Part shown: piece after piece, positions 49,779 to 61,795 of the stretch
How positions within the stretch are numbered: position 1 is the first letter of the stretch
Layout of the letters: every line of letters begins with the position of its first letter
NCBI RefSeq assembly: GCF_004010195.1
Contig: NC_057711.1
Location: 80,191,457-80,255,456, forward strand
Direction: 5' to 3'
Origin: Chiloscyllium plagiosum
Lineage: Eukaryota
DNA: 64,000 nt
Program-made: the position numbers and the translations under genes
Notes under the pieces: generated by a model
The model's database searches: none
The model's input: only the letters and a program-made list of their open reading frames with translations
What the model was told of the DNA's origin: nothing

Positions 49779-51419
49779 GCCTTATTTGTGATTTGTAATT
49801 CAAACTTACAAGTGTACTACTGATGTTGATTCAATAAGTAATTGAAATCTGGACTGAGAATTAAAGACAGACCTCAAACATTATATGCTTCACTTGTACC
49901 AATGATGGTCATTGTCCTTTTCCTGCAATGTCTGGGGGAATCAACTCAGGATTAGCCAATTCATCATCTATATCAAAGTGAACATACAAATAACATCTGT
50001 ACCAATCAGGAGTACAGGTCATTATATCTGTTGTCTCACAGCGATGAAGCACCATGAAACTTCCAGTTCAGTTTAATGGCATTGCAACTTTCAGGAGAAA
50101 CAGGTGCTTTTAATTACCTGTGTAAATTCCAAGAATTAATTCATCTTTCAAGAAGATTTATCCCAAAACATACATCTTTGTAATGTAAGAGATAACTTGT
50201 CATTCTTAATTAATTGTTCCATATAAAGATAGAGCAGATTGCTCACCTATTGTAGAACCCATTCTACAATGATTTCTGTTCTAAGTCACATGAGTTCCCC
50301 AACAGGTGAACTGTTGATTCCTCTACTGTATTATCCAAGTGGTAAACTTGCAAATGTATCCTCAGCTCATTGTATGGTTTCCTATTTTATTTTTTACTTT
50401 CCCAGAACCACAAATCTGAAATTCTGTACTTCACTCAGATTTTTTTTCTTTCCTACATTAGTACTGGTTTTTAAACAAATCATGGAAGTTGTGCTTCTGT
50501 AGGGACCTAAGCATTTGTCTACAAAATAAGTTAGTTATGGGTTTTCCACAGCTTTCCCTTGAACATTTGGCAGAAATCTAGAACAATTTCCACAACCTTA
50601 TTTTATCTCATACTACTTGACACCTTTTTGATCCTCCATCTTTAGCCATTGTTCTCCATTTTGTTTTTCAAAGTATAATTACAGAAGGTAAAACAATTTT
50701 ATTTTATTCATATTTTGTTTACATATGAAAGGAATTTAGTATTTTAAAAACAACTGAAAATGCATTTCCACCCTTATTTTAATTTCCTGAGCCTTGTACT
50801 TTTTTGTTATTTAGCGTTGTTGACTCCTTGACCTGAGTATTAGAAGGAACAGTGCCTGTTGTATACTCTCAGTTGGATCATGTCTGTTGGTTTTTGAAAT
50901 AGGGAGGCTGGATTATGAATTAATTGACTGGATATAGCTATGAGAGTCTCATGTAATAGTCCTTAAGGAGCAGCAACTCCCAGAATTTCATCAGGAGAGA
51001 TTTGACATTTCTTAATGGGAATATCAAACTTAAGAGTAGGAGTCTGAGATGGAACAGATTGCTACTTCTATCAAATTACATACCATCATGATTCCATGCT
51101 GTTACCTAAATTGTCAAGATTATTGTTAGACTGTCAGATCTATTTCTCTAAAGCTCTCAAAAGTTCACAGCAAAGAGATTATTTCACAAAGCTCCCAAAT
51201 AGAGACAAAAAAATTCTCCTGATGAATGATGACGTAAACCCCATTTGATGTGTTCAGAAACAATGGAAGGATTTCTAGTAGAGAAATGTTTGCCTGAGAT
51301 TTTAAAATTCAATATTTCCTATCTTCAAATAGACTTTGTTGAACGAGATAATGGATATTTGATGGTAATTTAACAAGATTTTACTTTCTCTTTTCAATTC
51401 AACTACTTCCTCACTGTAG

Positions 51420-51900
51420 CAAGCAGCTGATTACGGACTTTCATTGTAACGGTTGACCATCTAGAGGCAATAGAAACATGATTGTTATTGCTCAGCAAAG
51501 CCAAGTAAAACGCAAGGAGCAGCAGTGACTGCTATACATGGCCATTTTGATCCCACTAATGCCTTTGACTCTGTCAGCTGTGAGACTTCATGGAGCATCC
51601 TCCTCGAACGTGGTTGCTGTTGGATATTTCTCACCATTCTCTTCTTAAATCACAACAGTAATCCTGAGGAACTGAACCACTACAGATCCTTTCTCAGTGA
51701 AGAAAGACATCATACCAATCCTTATTCCATTTTCTGTAGCACAATGCTGCACCTTACCTCCACCAAAACTACCCAAAGATGTGGAGGTAATTTACACAAC
51801 AGACAGGAAATCATTCCACCGACGCAGCCTTCAATCCACAACCAAAGTCACTTCATGCTCAGTCCTGGAGCTCCTATGCAGATGACTCTGTATTAGTGTC
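51420..51900 (+). mobile_element. RTE/BovB-like RT fragment
   Basis: LYMA.FDPTNAFDSVSCETSWSIL; DVEVIYTTDRKSFHRRSLQSTTKV..VLEL. Confidence 0.75.
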
Positions 51901-53544
51901 ACAAGCTGTCACATTTACCAGAGCTTACACTGAAACTGATGCTTGTTGTGCAAAAATCAGAAGCTGCTTGGAGGTTTTCTCATGATATGGCTTCACATAT
52001 CTAATCTCAACTTCTAAACAGGCCTGCTCCCATTCTCTCAAAACACCTCTGCAGCCTTTGCTTTGAATATAGTGAGGACCTGGAGTTTATTAACATGTTC
52101 CCTGTGGTTTACATGGGCACGTAAACAGCATTCATTCCATTCTAGGTACCAATGTGACCCACAGATCTGAAATTATCTATGTGTGCTCCAAGAGCTTTGG
52201 GAGACATTTTGATTGACAGGGTCTTGAATGAAAGGTGGCTTTCTTTATCTGGTGAAAGAATTAAAATTGATGGATTTCAATGAAGCTTCGTATGATGTGT
52301 ACAAACAATCAAGTGTCATAGAGATGTACTGCATGGAAACTGACCCTTCAATCAAACTCATCCATGTCGACCAGATATCCTAACCTAATCAAATCCCATT
52401 TGCCAGCACTTGGCCCATGTCCATCTAAACCCTTCCTATTCATATACCCGTCTAAATGCTTTTAAGTGCTGTAATTGTACCAGCCTTCACCACTTCCTTT
52501 GGCAGCTCATTCCATAAATGCACAATCCTCTGTGTGAAAAAGTTGCCCTTTTGAAACCTTTTAAATCTTTCCCCTCTTACCTTAAACCAATGTTCTCTAG
52601 GTTTGGACTTGCCCATCCCATGGAAAGGACCTTGTCTATTTACCTTATCCATGCTCTTCATAATTTTATAAACCTCTACACAGTCAGCCCTCAGCCTCTG
52701 GTGCTCCAAGGGAAATAGCCCCAATCTATTCAGCTTCTCCCTATAGTTCAAACTCATCTTTGTAAGTCTTTTCTGAACCCTTTCAAGTTTCACAACATCC
52801 ATCCTACAACAGGGAGATCAGAATTACACACAGTATTCCAAAAGTGGCCAAACCAATGTCCTGTACAGCCACAACATGACCTCCCAACTCCTAAACTCAG
52901 TGTACTGAGCAATAAAGTTAAGCATACCAAATGTCTTCTTCACTATCCTATCTACCTGACATTTCACTTGCAAGGAACTATGAAGCTGCACTCTAAGATC
53001 TCATTGTTCAGCAACACTCCCCAGGACCATACCATTAAGTATATAAGCCCTGCCCTAATTTGCTTTTCCAAAATACAGCACCTCACATATATCTAAATTA
53101 AGTTCCATCTATCACTCTTTGGCCCACTGGCCCATCTGATCAAGATGCCGTTGTACTCTGAGGTAATCTTCCTTGCTGTTGACTACATCACCAATTTTGG
53201 TGTCATCTGCAAACTTACTAAGTACATCTTTCTTCACACCCAAATCATTTATAAGACTGATGAAAAGCAGTAGACCCAACACCAATCTTTGTGGCACACC
53301 ACTGGTCACAGGCCTCCAGTCTGAAAAGCAACCCTCCACCACCATCACCTCTCTTCAACCTTTGACTCAGTTCTGTTTCGAATTAGCTAGTTCTCCCCAT
53401 ATTGCATCTGATCTAACTTCCCTCTAACCATGAAATTCCTTGTCTAATGCCTTTCTGAAGTCCATATAGATCACGTCCACCACTCTGCCCTCATCAATCC
53501 TCCTCGTTACTTCTTCAGAAAATTCAATCAAGTTAGTGACACAC

Positions 53545-55218
53545 AATGAGATAGCTTTCGCAAATAGAATTAAGGAGAATCTAAAGGGTTTTTACAAATA
53601 TGTTAAGGACAAGAGGGTAACTAGAGAAAGAATAGGGCCCCTCAAAGATCAGCAAGGTGGCCTTTGTGTGGAGCCACAGAAAATGGGGGAGATACTAAAT
53701 GAAAATTTTGCATCAGTATTTACTGTGGAAAAGGATATGGAAGATATAGACTGTAGGGAAATAGATGGTGACATCTTGCAAAATGTCCAGATTACAGAGG
53801 AGGAAGTGCTGGATGTCTTGAAACGGTTAAAGGTGGATAAATCCCCAGGACCTGATCAGGTGTACCCAAGAACTCTGTGGGAAGCTAGAGAAGTGATTGC
53901 TGGGCCTCTTGCTGAGATATTTGTATCATCGATAGTCACAGGTGAAGTGCCGGAAGACTGGAGGTTGGCAAACATGGTGCCACTGTCTAAGAAGGGTGGT
54001 AAAGACAAGCCAGGGAACTATAGACCAGTGAGCCTAACATCGGTAGTGGGCAAGTTGTTGGAGGGAATCCTGAGAGACAGGACGTACATGTATTTGGAAA
54101 GGCAAGGACTGATTAGGGATAGTCAACATGGCTTTGTGCAGGAAATCATGTCTCACAAACTTGATTGAGTTNNNNNNNNGAGGGTTGTTTTTCAGACTGG
54201 AGGCCTGTGACCAGTGGAGTGCCATAAGGATCGGTGCTGGGTCCTCTACTTTTTGTCATTTACATAAATGATTTGGATGCGCGCGTAAGAGGTACAGTTA
54301 GTAAGTTTGCAGATGACACCAAAATTGGAGGTGTAGTGGACAGCGAAGTGGGTTACCTCAGATTACAACAGGATCTGGACCAGATGGGCCAATGGGCTGA
54401 GAAGTGGCAGTTGGAGTTTAATTCAGATAAATGTGAGGGGATGCATTTTGGGAAAGCAAATCTTAGCAGGACTTACACACTTAATAGTAAGGTCCTTGGG
54501 AGAGTTGATGAACAAAGAGACCTTGGAGTGCAGGGTTCATAGCTCCTTGAAAGTGGAGTCGCAGGTAGATAGGATAGTGAAGAAGGCGTTTGGTATGCTT
54601 TCCTTTATTGGTCAGAGTATTGAGTACAGGAGTTGGGAGGTCATGTTGCGGCTGTACAGGACATTGATCAGGCCACTTTTGGAATATTGCGTGCAATTCT
54701 GGTCTCCTTCCTATTGGAAAGATGTTGTGAAACTTGAAAGGGTTCAGAAAAGATTTACAAGGATGTTGCCAGGGTTGGAGGATCTGAGCTACAGGGAGAG
54801 GCTGAATAGGCTGGGGCTGTTTTCCCTGGCGCGTCGGAGGCTGAGGGTGACCTTATAGAGGTTTACAAAATTAAACCTGAGGGGCATGGATAGGATAAAT
54901 AGACACAGTCTTTGCCCTGGGGTCGTGGAGTCCAGAACTAGAGGTCATAGGTTTAGGGTGAGAGGGGAAAGATATAAGAGTGACCTAAGGGGCAACGTTT
55001 TCAGGCAGAGGGTGGTACGTGTATGGAATGAGCTGCAAAGGATGTGGTGGAGGCTGGTACAATTGCAACATTTAAGAGGCATTTGGATGGGTACATGAAT
55101 AGGAGGGATATGGGCCGAGTGCTGGCATGTGGGACTAGATTGGGTTGGGATATCTGGTCGGCATGGATGGGTTGGACTGAAGGGTCTATTTCCATGCTGT
55201 ACATCTCTATGACTCTAT
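53545..55218 (+). mobile_element. Young CR1/HER1 LINE (RT to 3' tail) nested antisense in the older CR1
   Basis: ORFs 53536-54168 (KSPGPDQVYPR, NYRPVSLTSVVGKLLE, QHGF), 54234-54542 (FADDTK) and 54433-54858; CTCTATGACTCTA tail. Confidence 0.93.
54172..54179. other. Assembly gap (8 N)
   Basis: Run of n in the sequence. Confidence 1.
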
Positions 55219-55477
55219 AATTTCCCATGTACAAAGCCATGCTGACTATCCCTAGTCAGTCCTTGATCTTCCAAATACAGGTAAATCCTATCCCTCAGGA
55301 TTCCCTCCAACAACTTGCCCACTACCGCTGTTAGGTTCACTGGCCTATAGTCCCCTGGCTTTTCCTTACCACCTTTCTTAAATAGTGGCACCACGTTAGT
55401 CAACCTCCAGTCTTCTGGCACCTCACCTGTGACTATCAATTATCCAAATATTTTAGCAAAGGGCCCAGCAATCACTT

Positions 55478-57319
55478 AGTCGAAAATGAGGACAGCAGAA
55501 GTTGGAGGTCAGAGTCAAGATTAGAGTGGTGCTGGAAAAGCACAGCAGGTCAGACAGCATATAAGGAGCAGGACAATCGACGTTTCGGGCAAATGCCCTT
55601 CATCAGAATGAAGCAGGGAGACTCTGGGATGGAGGGATAAATGGAAGGGCAGTGGGGCTGGAGAGAAGGAAGCTAAGAGTGCAATAGGTGGATGGAGGTG
55701 AGGATGAAGGTGATATGTCGGAGAGGAGGGTGGAGCGGATATTTGGGAAGGAAGATTGACAGGTGAGACAGGTCATGATGGATGTGGAAGGCTCCTTTGG
55801 AGCCTTGGATGGAGGTGAGGGTGGAGGTGTGGCCGCAGATTTTGCAATTCCTGCGGAGGCAGGGGAGGTTGCCAGGACGAGAAGGTGGGTTGTTGGTGGG
55901 CGGGGACCTGACCAGGTAGTCCGGAGGGAACGGTCTTTGCGGAAAGTGGGTAGGGGTGGGGAGGGAAATATATCCCTGGTGGTGGGGTCCGTTTGTAGGT
56001 GGCGGAAATGTCGGTGGATGATGCGGTTTATGTGAAGGTTGGTAGGGTGGAAGGTGAGGACCACAGGGGTTCTGTCCTTGTTGCAGTTAGAGGGGTGGGG
56101 TTTGAGGGCGGAGGTGCGGGACGTGAATGAGATGCGTTGGAGGGCATCTTTAACCACGTGGGAAGCGAAATTACAGTCTTGAAAGAAGGAGGCCATCTGG
56201 TGTGTTCTGTGGTGGAACTGGTCCTCCTGGGAGCAAATACGGTGGAGGCAGAGGAATTGGGAATATGGGATAACATTTTTGCAGGAGGTAGGGTGGGAAG
56301 AGGTATAATCCAAGTAGCTGTGGGAGTCGGTGGGTTTGTAAAAAATATCAGTGTTGAGTCAGTTGTCATTGATGGAGATGGAAGCGGAGGGAGGCATCAG
56401 AGATGGTCCAGGTGAATTTAAGTTCAGGGTGGAATGTGTTGGTGAAGTTGATGAACTGCTTAACCTCCTTGTGGGAGCATGAGGTGGGGCTGATGCAGTC
56501 ATCAATGTAGCGGAGGAAGAGGTGGGGAGTGGTGCTGGTGTAACTACGGAAGATGGATTGTTCTACGTAGCCAACAAAGAGACAGGCACAGCTGGGGCCC
56601 ATGTGTGTGCCCATGGCTATCCCTTTGGTCTGGAGGAAGTGGGAGGATTCAAAGGAGAAATTGTTAAGGGTGAGGACCAGTTCAGCCAAACGAATGAAAG
56701 TGTCGGTGGAGGGGTACTGTTGGGGACGTCAGGAGAGGAAGAAACGGAAGGCTTGGAGGCCCTGGTCATGGCGGATGGAGGTGTAGAGGGACTGTATATC
56801 CATGGTGAAGATGGAGTTGGGGGCTGGCGAAATGGAATTCTTGGAGGAGGTGGAGGCCGTGGGTGGTGTTTACAATGTACGTGGGGAATTCCTGGACTGG
56901 GGGATAGGACAGTATCAAGGTGGGTGGAGATGAGTTCAGTGGGGCAGGAGAAAGCTGAGACAATGGGTCAGCTGGGGTAGTTGGGCTTGTGGATCTTGGG
57001 AAGGAGATAGAATCGGGTAGTGTGGCATTCCCAAACTATGAGGTTAGAAGCTGTGGGTGGGAGATCTCCTGAGGTGATGAGGTTGTGTATGGTCTGGGAG
57101 ATTATGGTTTGATGATGGAGGGTGGGGTCATGGTCGAGAGGGCAGTAGGAGGAGGTGTGTTCGAGTTGGTGCTTGGTCTTAGCGGTATAGAGGTCAGTGC
57201 ACCAAACTACCACTGCACCCCTTTTATCTGCTGGTTTGATGGTGAGGTTGGGATTGGATTTTCCTGCTCCTTGGATGCTGCCTAACCTGCTGTGCTTTTC
57301 CAGGATCACTCTAATCTTG
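55478..57319 (-). mobile_element. Penelope-like element (family 1), 5'-truncated, with fold-back end
   Basis: Minus ORFs: IKPADKRGAVVVW, LLPKIHKP, GIAMGTHMGPSCACLF, FLRYIDD, IPYSQFL. 57256-57319 is inverted relative to 55516-55578. TSD GCCCAGCAATCACTT (55463-55477) / GCCGAGCAATCACTT (57320-57334). Confidence 0.93.
55579..55606 (-). ncRNA. Minimal hammerhead ribozyme core
   Basis: Reverse complement: CUGAUGA-A-GGGC(AUUU)GCCC-GAAAC-GUC. Confidence 0.72.
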
Positions 57320-59462
57320 GCCGAGCAATCACTTTCCTAGCTTCCCACAGAGTTCTATGATACACCTGATCAGGTCTCATGGACCTAGCCACCTTTATAT
57401 ATTTTAAAAGACATCCAGCAACTTCTCATCTGTAATATGGATATTTTTCGATATGTCACTATTTCCCCATGTTCTATAATATCCATATCTATAAACACAG
57501 ATACAAAATACTGGTTTAGTATCTCCCCTATCTCCTTCCGTTCCACACATAGGTGGTCTTGTTGATGTTTAAGTTGCCCTATTCTCTCCCTAGTTACCCT
57601 TTTGTCCTTAATGTATTTATAAAATCTCTTTGGATTCTCCTTACTCCTGTTTGCCAAAGTTATGTCCCCTTTTTGCCCTCCTGATTTCCCTCTTAAGTAT
57701 ACTCCTACTGCCTTTATGTTTTCTAAGGATTCACTCAATCCCTGTTGTCTATACCTGACATATACTTCCTTCATTTTCTTGACCAAAACCTCAATTTCTC
57801 TAGTCATTTTGCATTCCCTACACCTACCAGCCTTGCCCTTTACCCTTGTCTCTGGACTTTTGTTCTCTCATTTTTGAAGGTTTCCCATTTTCCAGCCGAC
57901 CCCTTACCTGAAAACATCTGCCCCCAATCAACTTTTGAAAGTCCTTGCTGAATTCTGTCAAAATTGGTCTTCTTCCCATGTAGAACTTTAACTCTTAGAT
58001 CTGTTCTATCCCTTTCTAGAACTATTTAAAAACTAATAGAATTATGGTCGCTGGCCCCAAATTGCTCCCCGCACCCACCACTGACACTTCAGTCATCTGC
58101 CCTGCCTTATTTCCCAAGAGTAGGTCAAGTTTTGCACTTTGTCTACTAGGTACATCCTACTGGATCAAAAAATTTTCTTGTACATATAACAAATTCCTCT
58201 CCATCCAAGCCTTTAAAATGATGGCAGTCCTAGTCTATGTTTGGAAAGTTAAAATTACCTATGTTAACCACCCAATTATTCTTAAAGATAGCTGAGATCC
58301 CTTATAAATTTGTTTCTCAATTTCCTGCCAACTATTAGGAGCTCTATAATACAATCCCAATAAGGTGATTGTCGCTTTCTTATTTCTTAGTTGCAGCCAA
58401 ATAACTACTCTGGATGTATTCCCAGGAATATCCTCCCTGAGTATAGCTATATTGTTATCCCTTATCAAAAACACCACCTCCCCCCTCCTCTCTTGAGCCC
58501 CTTTCTATCTTTCCTAAAGTATCTGTATCCTGGAACATTAAGCTGCCAGTCCTGTCCATCCCTGAGCCATGTTTCTGTAATTGCTATGATATCCTAGTCC
58601 CATGTTCCTAACCATGCCCTGAGTTCACCTGCCTTCCCTGTTAGGCCTCTTGCATTGAAATAAATGCAGTTTAATTTATCAGTCCTACCTTGTTCCCTGC
58701 TTTGTTCCTGCCTGACATGACAGTCTTGCTCCTTTTCCCAACCATACCAGTTGCAGATTGATTTATATTCTCACTATCTCCCTAGTTCCCATTAACCCAC
58801 CCAGCTGCCATCATTACTAGTTCAAATCCTCCCAACCAGCTGAAGCAAATTTCCCTGTTGGTATATTAGTCCACTTCCAATTCAGGTGCAATCCATTCTT
58901 CTTGTACAAATCACTTCTACCCCAAAGAGATTCCAATGATCCAAAACTGTGAATCCTTCTCCCCTGCACCAGTTCCTTAGCCATGCGTTCATCTGGTCTA
59001 TCCTCCTATTCCTACCCTCACTAGCTTGTGGCACCAGTCGTAATCCAGATATTACTGCCCTTGAGGACCTCCTTTTTAAATTCCTGCCTAACTACCTATA
59101 TTCTCTCCTTAGAGTCTTATACTTTTCTTTTCCTATGTTGTTAACTGGAATGTGTACACAGACCTTTTGCGGGTCCCTCTCCCTTTTGAGAATATTCTGC
59201 ACCCTCTCTGAGAGATCCTTGATCCTGGCACCAAGGAGGTAACATACCATTCTGATTTCTCGCTGTCAGCCACAAAGACATCTGTCTGTGCTTCTGACTG
59301 GAGAATCACCTACCACTATCAATTACTTGGAACCTGATGTACTCCTTATTACAGTAGAACCAGGCTCAGCATCAGAAACCTGGCTGTCTGTGCTACATTC
59401 CTCTGAGAATCCATCACCCCCTACATTTTCCAACAAAAACATTCTTGTTTGAGATGGGGATA

Positions 59463-60940
59463 TGATGTGGAGGAACCGTGATTAGACTGGGGTGGACAAA
59501 GTTAAAAATCACACAACACCAGGTTATAGTCCAACAATTTTATTTGGAAGTACAAGCTTTCAGAGCACTGCTCCTTCATCAGGTAGCTAGTGGGACACAT
59601 AATGTATAGTAAAAGATTAAAGTGTCATACAACTATGCAATGTATTGAGCAAACCGAGATTGCTGTTAAGTCTTCAATCATTTAGAATGGGGATGCAGGT
59701 TTTGAATCATTAATATGTAAATCCCAGAATTTCTTTCAAGTCACATTCCCAAGATAACTTGAGGTTTAATAAAAAGATACATCCCAACTCAGGCAATGCA
59801 TTAAAGGTGTGAGGTTAGAGTTTATGTGTATTTCAACCTTGGGTCAAACCAGTTCTATTTCCAAAGTAGGAATTTATAAAATGTCACATTGACTGATTGC
59901 CTACAGATCGTATGCACTTTGACCAAAATAGAATGTATCTGCAAATACAAATCTGCAAATACAAATTCACCCCATAGACTTATATGTATGCATGTGTGAG
60001 GGAGAGAGAGGAGAGAGAGTCTGTGTGTATGGGAGACAGAAGAGTGTGTTGCGCATGTTTGTGATGGAGTGTATGCCTTTGAGTGGGTGTGCGCATAAGA
60101 GTGTATGTGTGTGTGTGCCAGTGTATGTATGAGAGAGTCTGCGTGAGTGTGTGACTGTGATTGTCTGTAAGAGTGTGTACGCATGTGTGCTTGTGTCTAA
60201 GCGTGTGTATAGTATAGTGGGGTCACCTGTAGTGTGACATGAACCCAAAGTCCCGGTTAAGACCATCCTCATGGGTACTAACCTTGGCATCAGCCTCTGC
60301 TCGGCCGCTCTGCGTTGTTGTATATCCTGAAATCCACCTTGGAGGATGGTCACCTGAAGAACTGAGACTGAATGTCCCTGACCGCCGAAGTGTTCCCCGA
60401 CTGGGAGGGAACATCTCTGGTGATTGTTGCGCGGTGTCCATTCATCCCTTGCCATAGCGTCTGCTTGATCTTGACAATGTACTATGCCTTGGGGCATCCT
60501 TGCCTGTAGATGGACATTGGTTGAGTCACATGAGTACCTGCTGCATTCATGGTGGATGGTGTCCCCACGGGTAATGGTAGTATCCATATCGATACTCTGA
60601 CACGTCTTGCAGTGGTTGTATGACAGAGTTGTATGGTATTGTGGTTGATGTTGTGATGAAGGGGGTGCACTTTGCTGTGAACACTGGTCCGTTTAAGGTT
60701 TGGTAGTTGTTTAAAGGTGAGAAGTGGTGGCATGGGAAAAGTCTTGGTGAGGTGCTCATCCTCCTCGATAATGCCTTGTAGGCTGAGAATAACATGGCTT
60801 AGTTTCTCTGTTCCCGGCAAGTACTGGACAACAAAGGTTACCCTATTGGTCATTTCCCATGTCTGTCTCCTGAGGAGGTCATTACCGTTTCTCAATGTGG
60901 CACATCAGAACTGGCGATCAATGAGTTGGGCATTGTATTC
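59463..60940 (-). mobile_element. Penelope-like element (family 2), 3' part with GIY-YIG region
   Basis: ORFs 60482-60895 (FVVQYLPG..FPMPPLLTFKQLPNLK) and 59967-60587 (YSCDSTNV..PVGEHF..GHS..LQVTIL..AEQRL); CA-rich 3' UTR; terminal repeat matches 31409-31500. Confidence 0.9.
59554..59582 (-). ncRNA. Minimal hammerhead ribozyme core (family 2)
   Basis: Reverse complement: uac-CUGAUGA-A-GGAGC(AGU)GCUCU-GAAAG-CUU-gua, with 3-bp stem I and palindromic AGCU. Confidence 0.65.
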
Positions 60941-61500
60941 TGTCGGACTCCTACACTCTCTCTCCTATCTTTCCTGGCTGTAACCCATCTACTTGACTGT
61001 TTCTGTGTTTTTTTCTCCCTTCCTGTGGCTGCCGTTCATCACACCCTCTAACATTTGTAAATTTCTCATTACCTCTAACTGCTGCTCCAAACTGATCCAA
61101 GCGATCCAATAGAATTTGCAACCAAACACATTTCCTACGAATATAACCATCAGTAACATGGAAACTCTCCCTAATCTCCCACATCTGATGGGAGGAGCAC
61201 ATCACACTACTAAACACCATCTTTGCACCTTAACAATCTACAGACCCAGAAAATAGCATGGCTTTACTGCTCTAAAAAACACTGCTCCAAGCTAACTTAG
61301 TAGCTATGCTTTTTATTTTTAAAATTTAATCAAGAAACAGATCTCAGTGAAATACATAATCAAAAAAGAACCCCATCTACTCCCTATTGTAGCTTTACAA
61401 AATAAACATCATGGTTACACTTTAAAAAGCCACTTAGCTGCTCCCCTGCTGTGAGCTCTCCCACACAGGTTTCTCCAAGGTCAACTGTGAATTTTTATTT

Positions 61501-61795
61501 CGATTCCCATCAGTGTGGAAACAGGCCCTTCGGCCCAACCAGTCCACACTGACACCTCCGAAGAGTAACCCACTCAGACCTATTTCCCTCTGACTAATTA
61601 ATATAGCACTATGGAACAATTTAGCATAGCAAATTCACCTAACCTGCACATCTTTGGACTGTGGGAGGAAACCGGAGCACCCAGCGGAAACCCACACAAA
61701 CCCAGAGAGAATGTGCAAACTCCACACAGTCACCCGAGGCTGGAATTGAACCTGGGAGGCATCAGTGCTAACCACTTGAGCCACTGTGCCACCGA
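61501..61795 (-). mobile_element. HE1-type SINE nested in the CR1 5' region
   Basis: Reverse complement starts CGGTGGCACAGTGGCTCAAGTGGTTAGCAC with B box GGTTCAATTCC. Confidence 0.9.

Noticed and set aside
53545..55218. Twin-priming inversion as an explanation for the opposed CR1 segments
   Set aside because: The plus-strand copy duplicates regions also present in the minus-strand copy and has its own tail, so it is a separate insertion.
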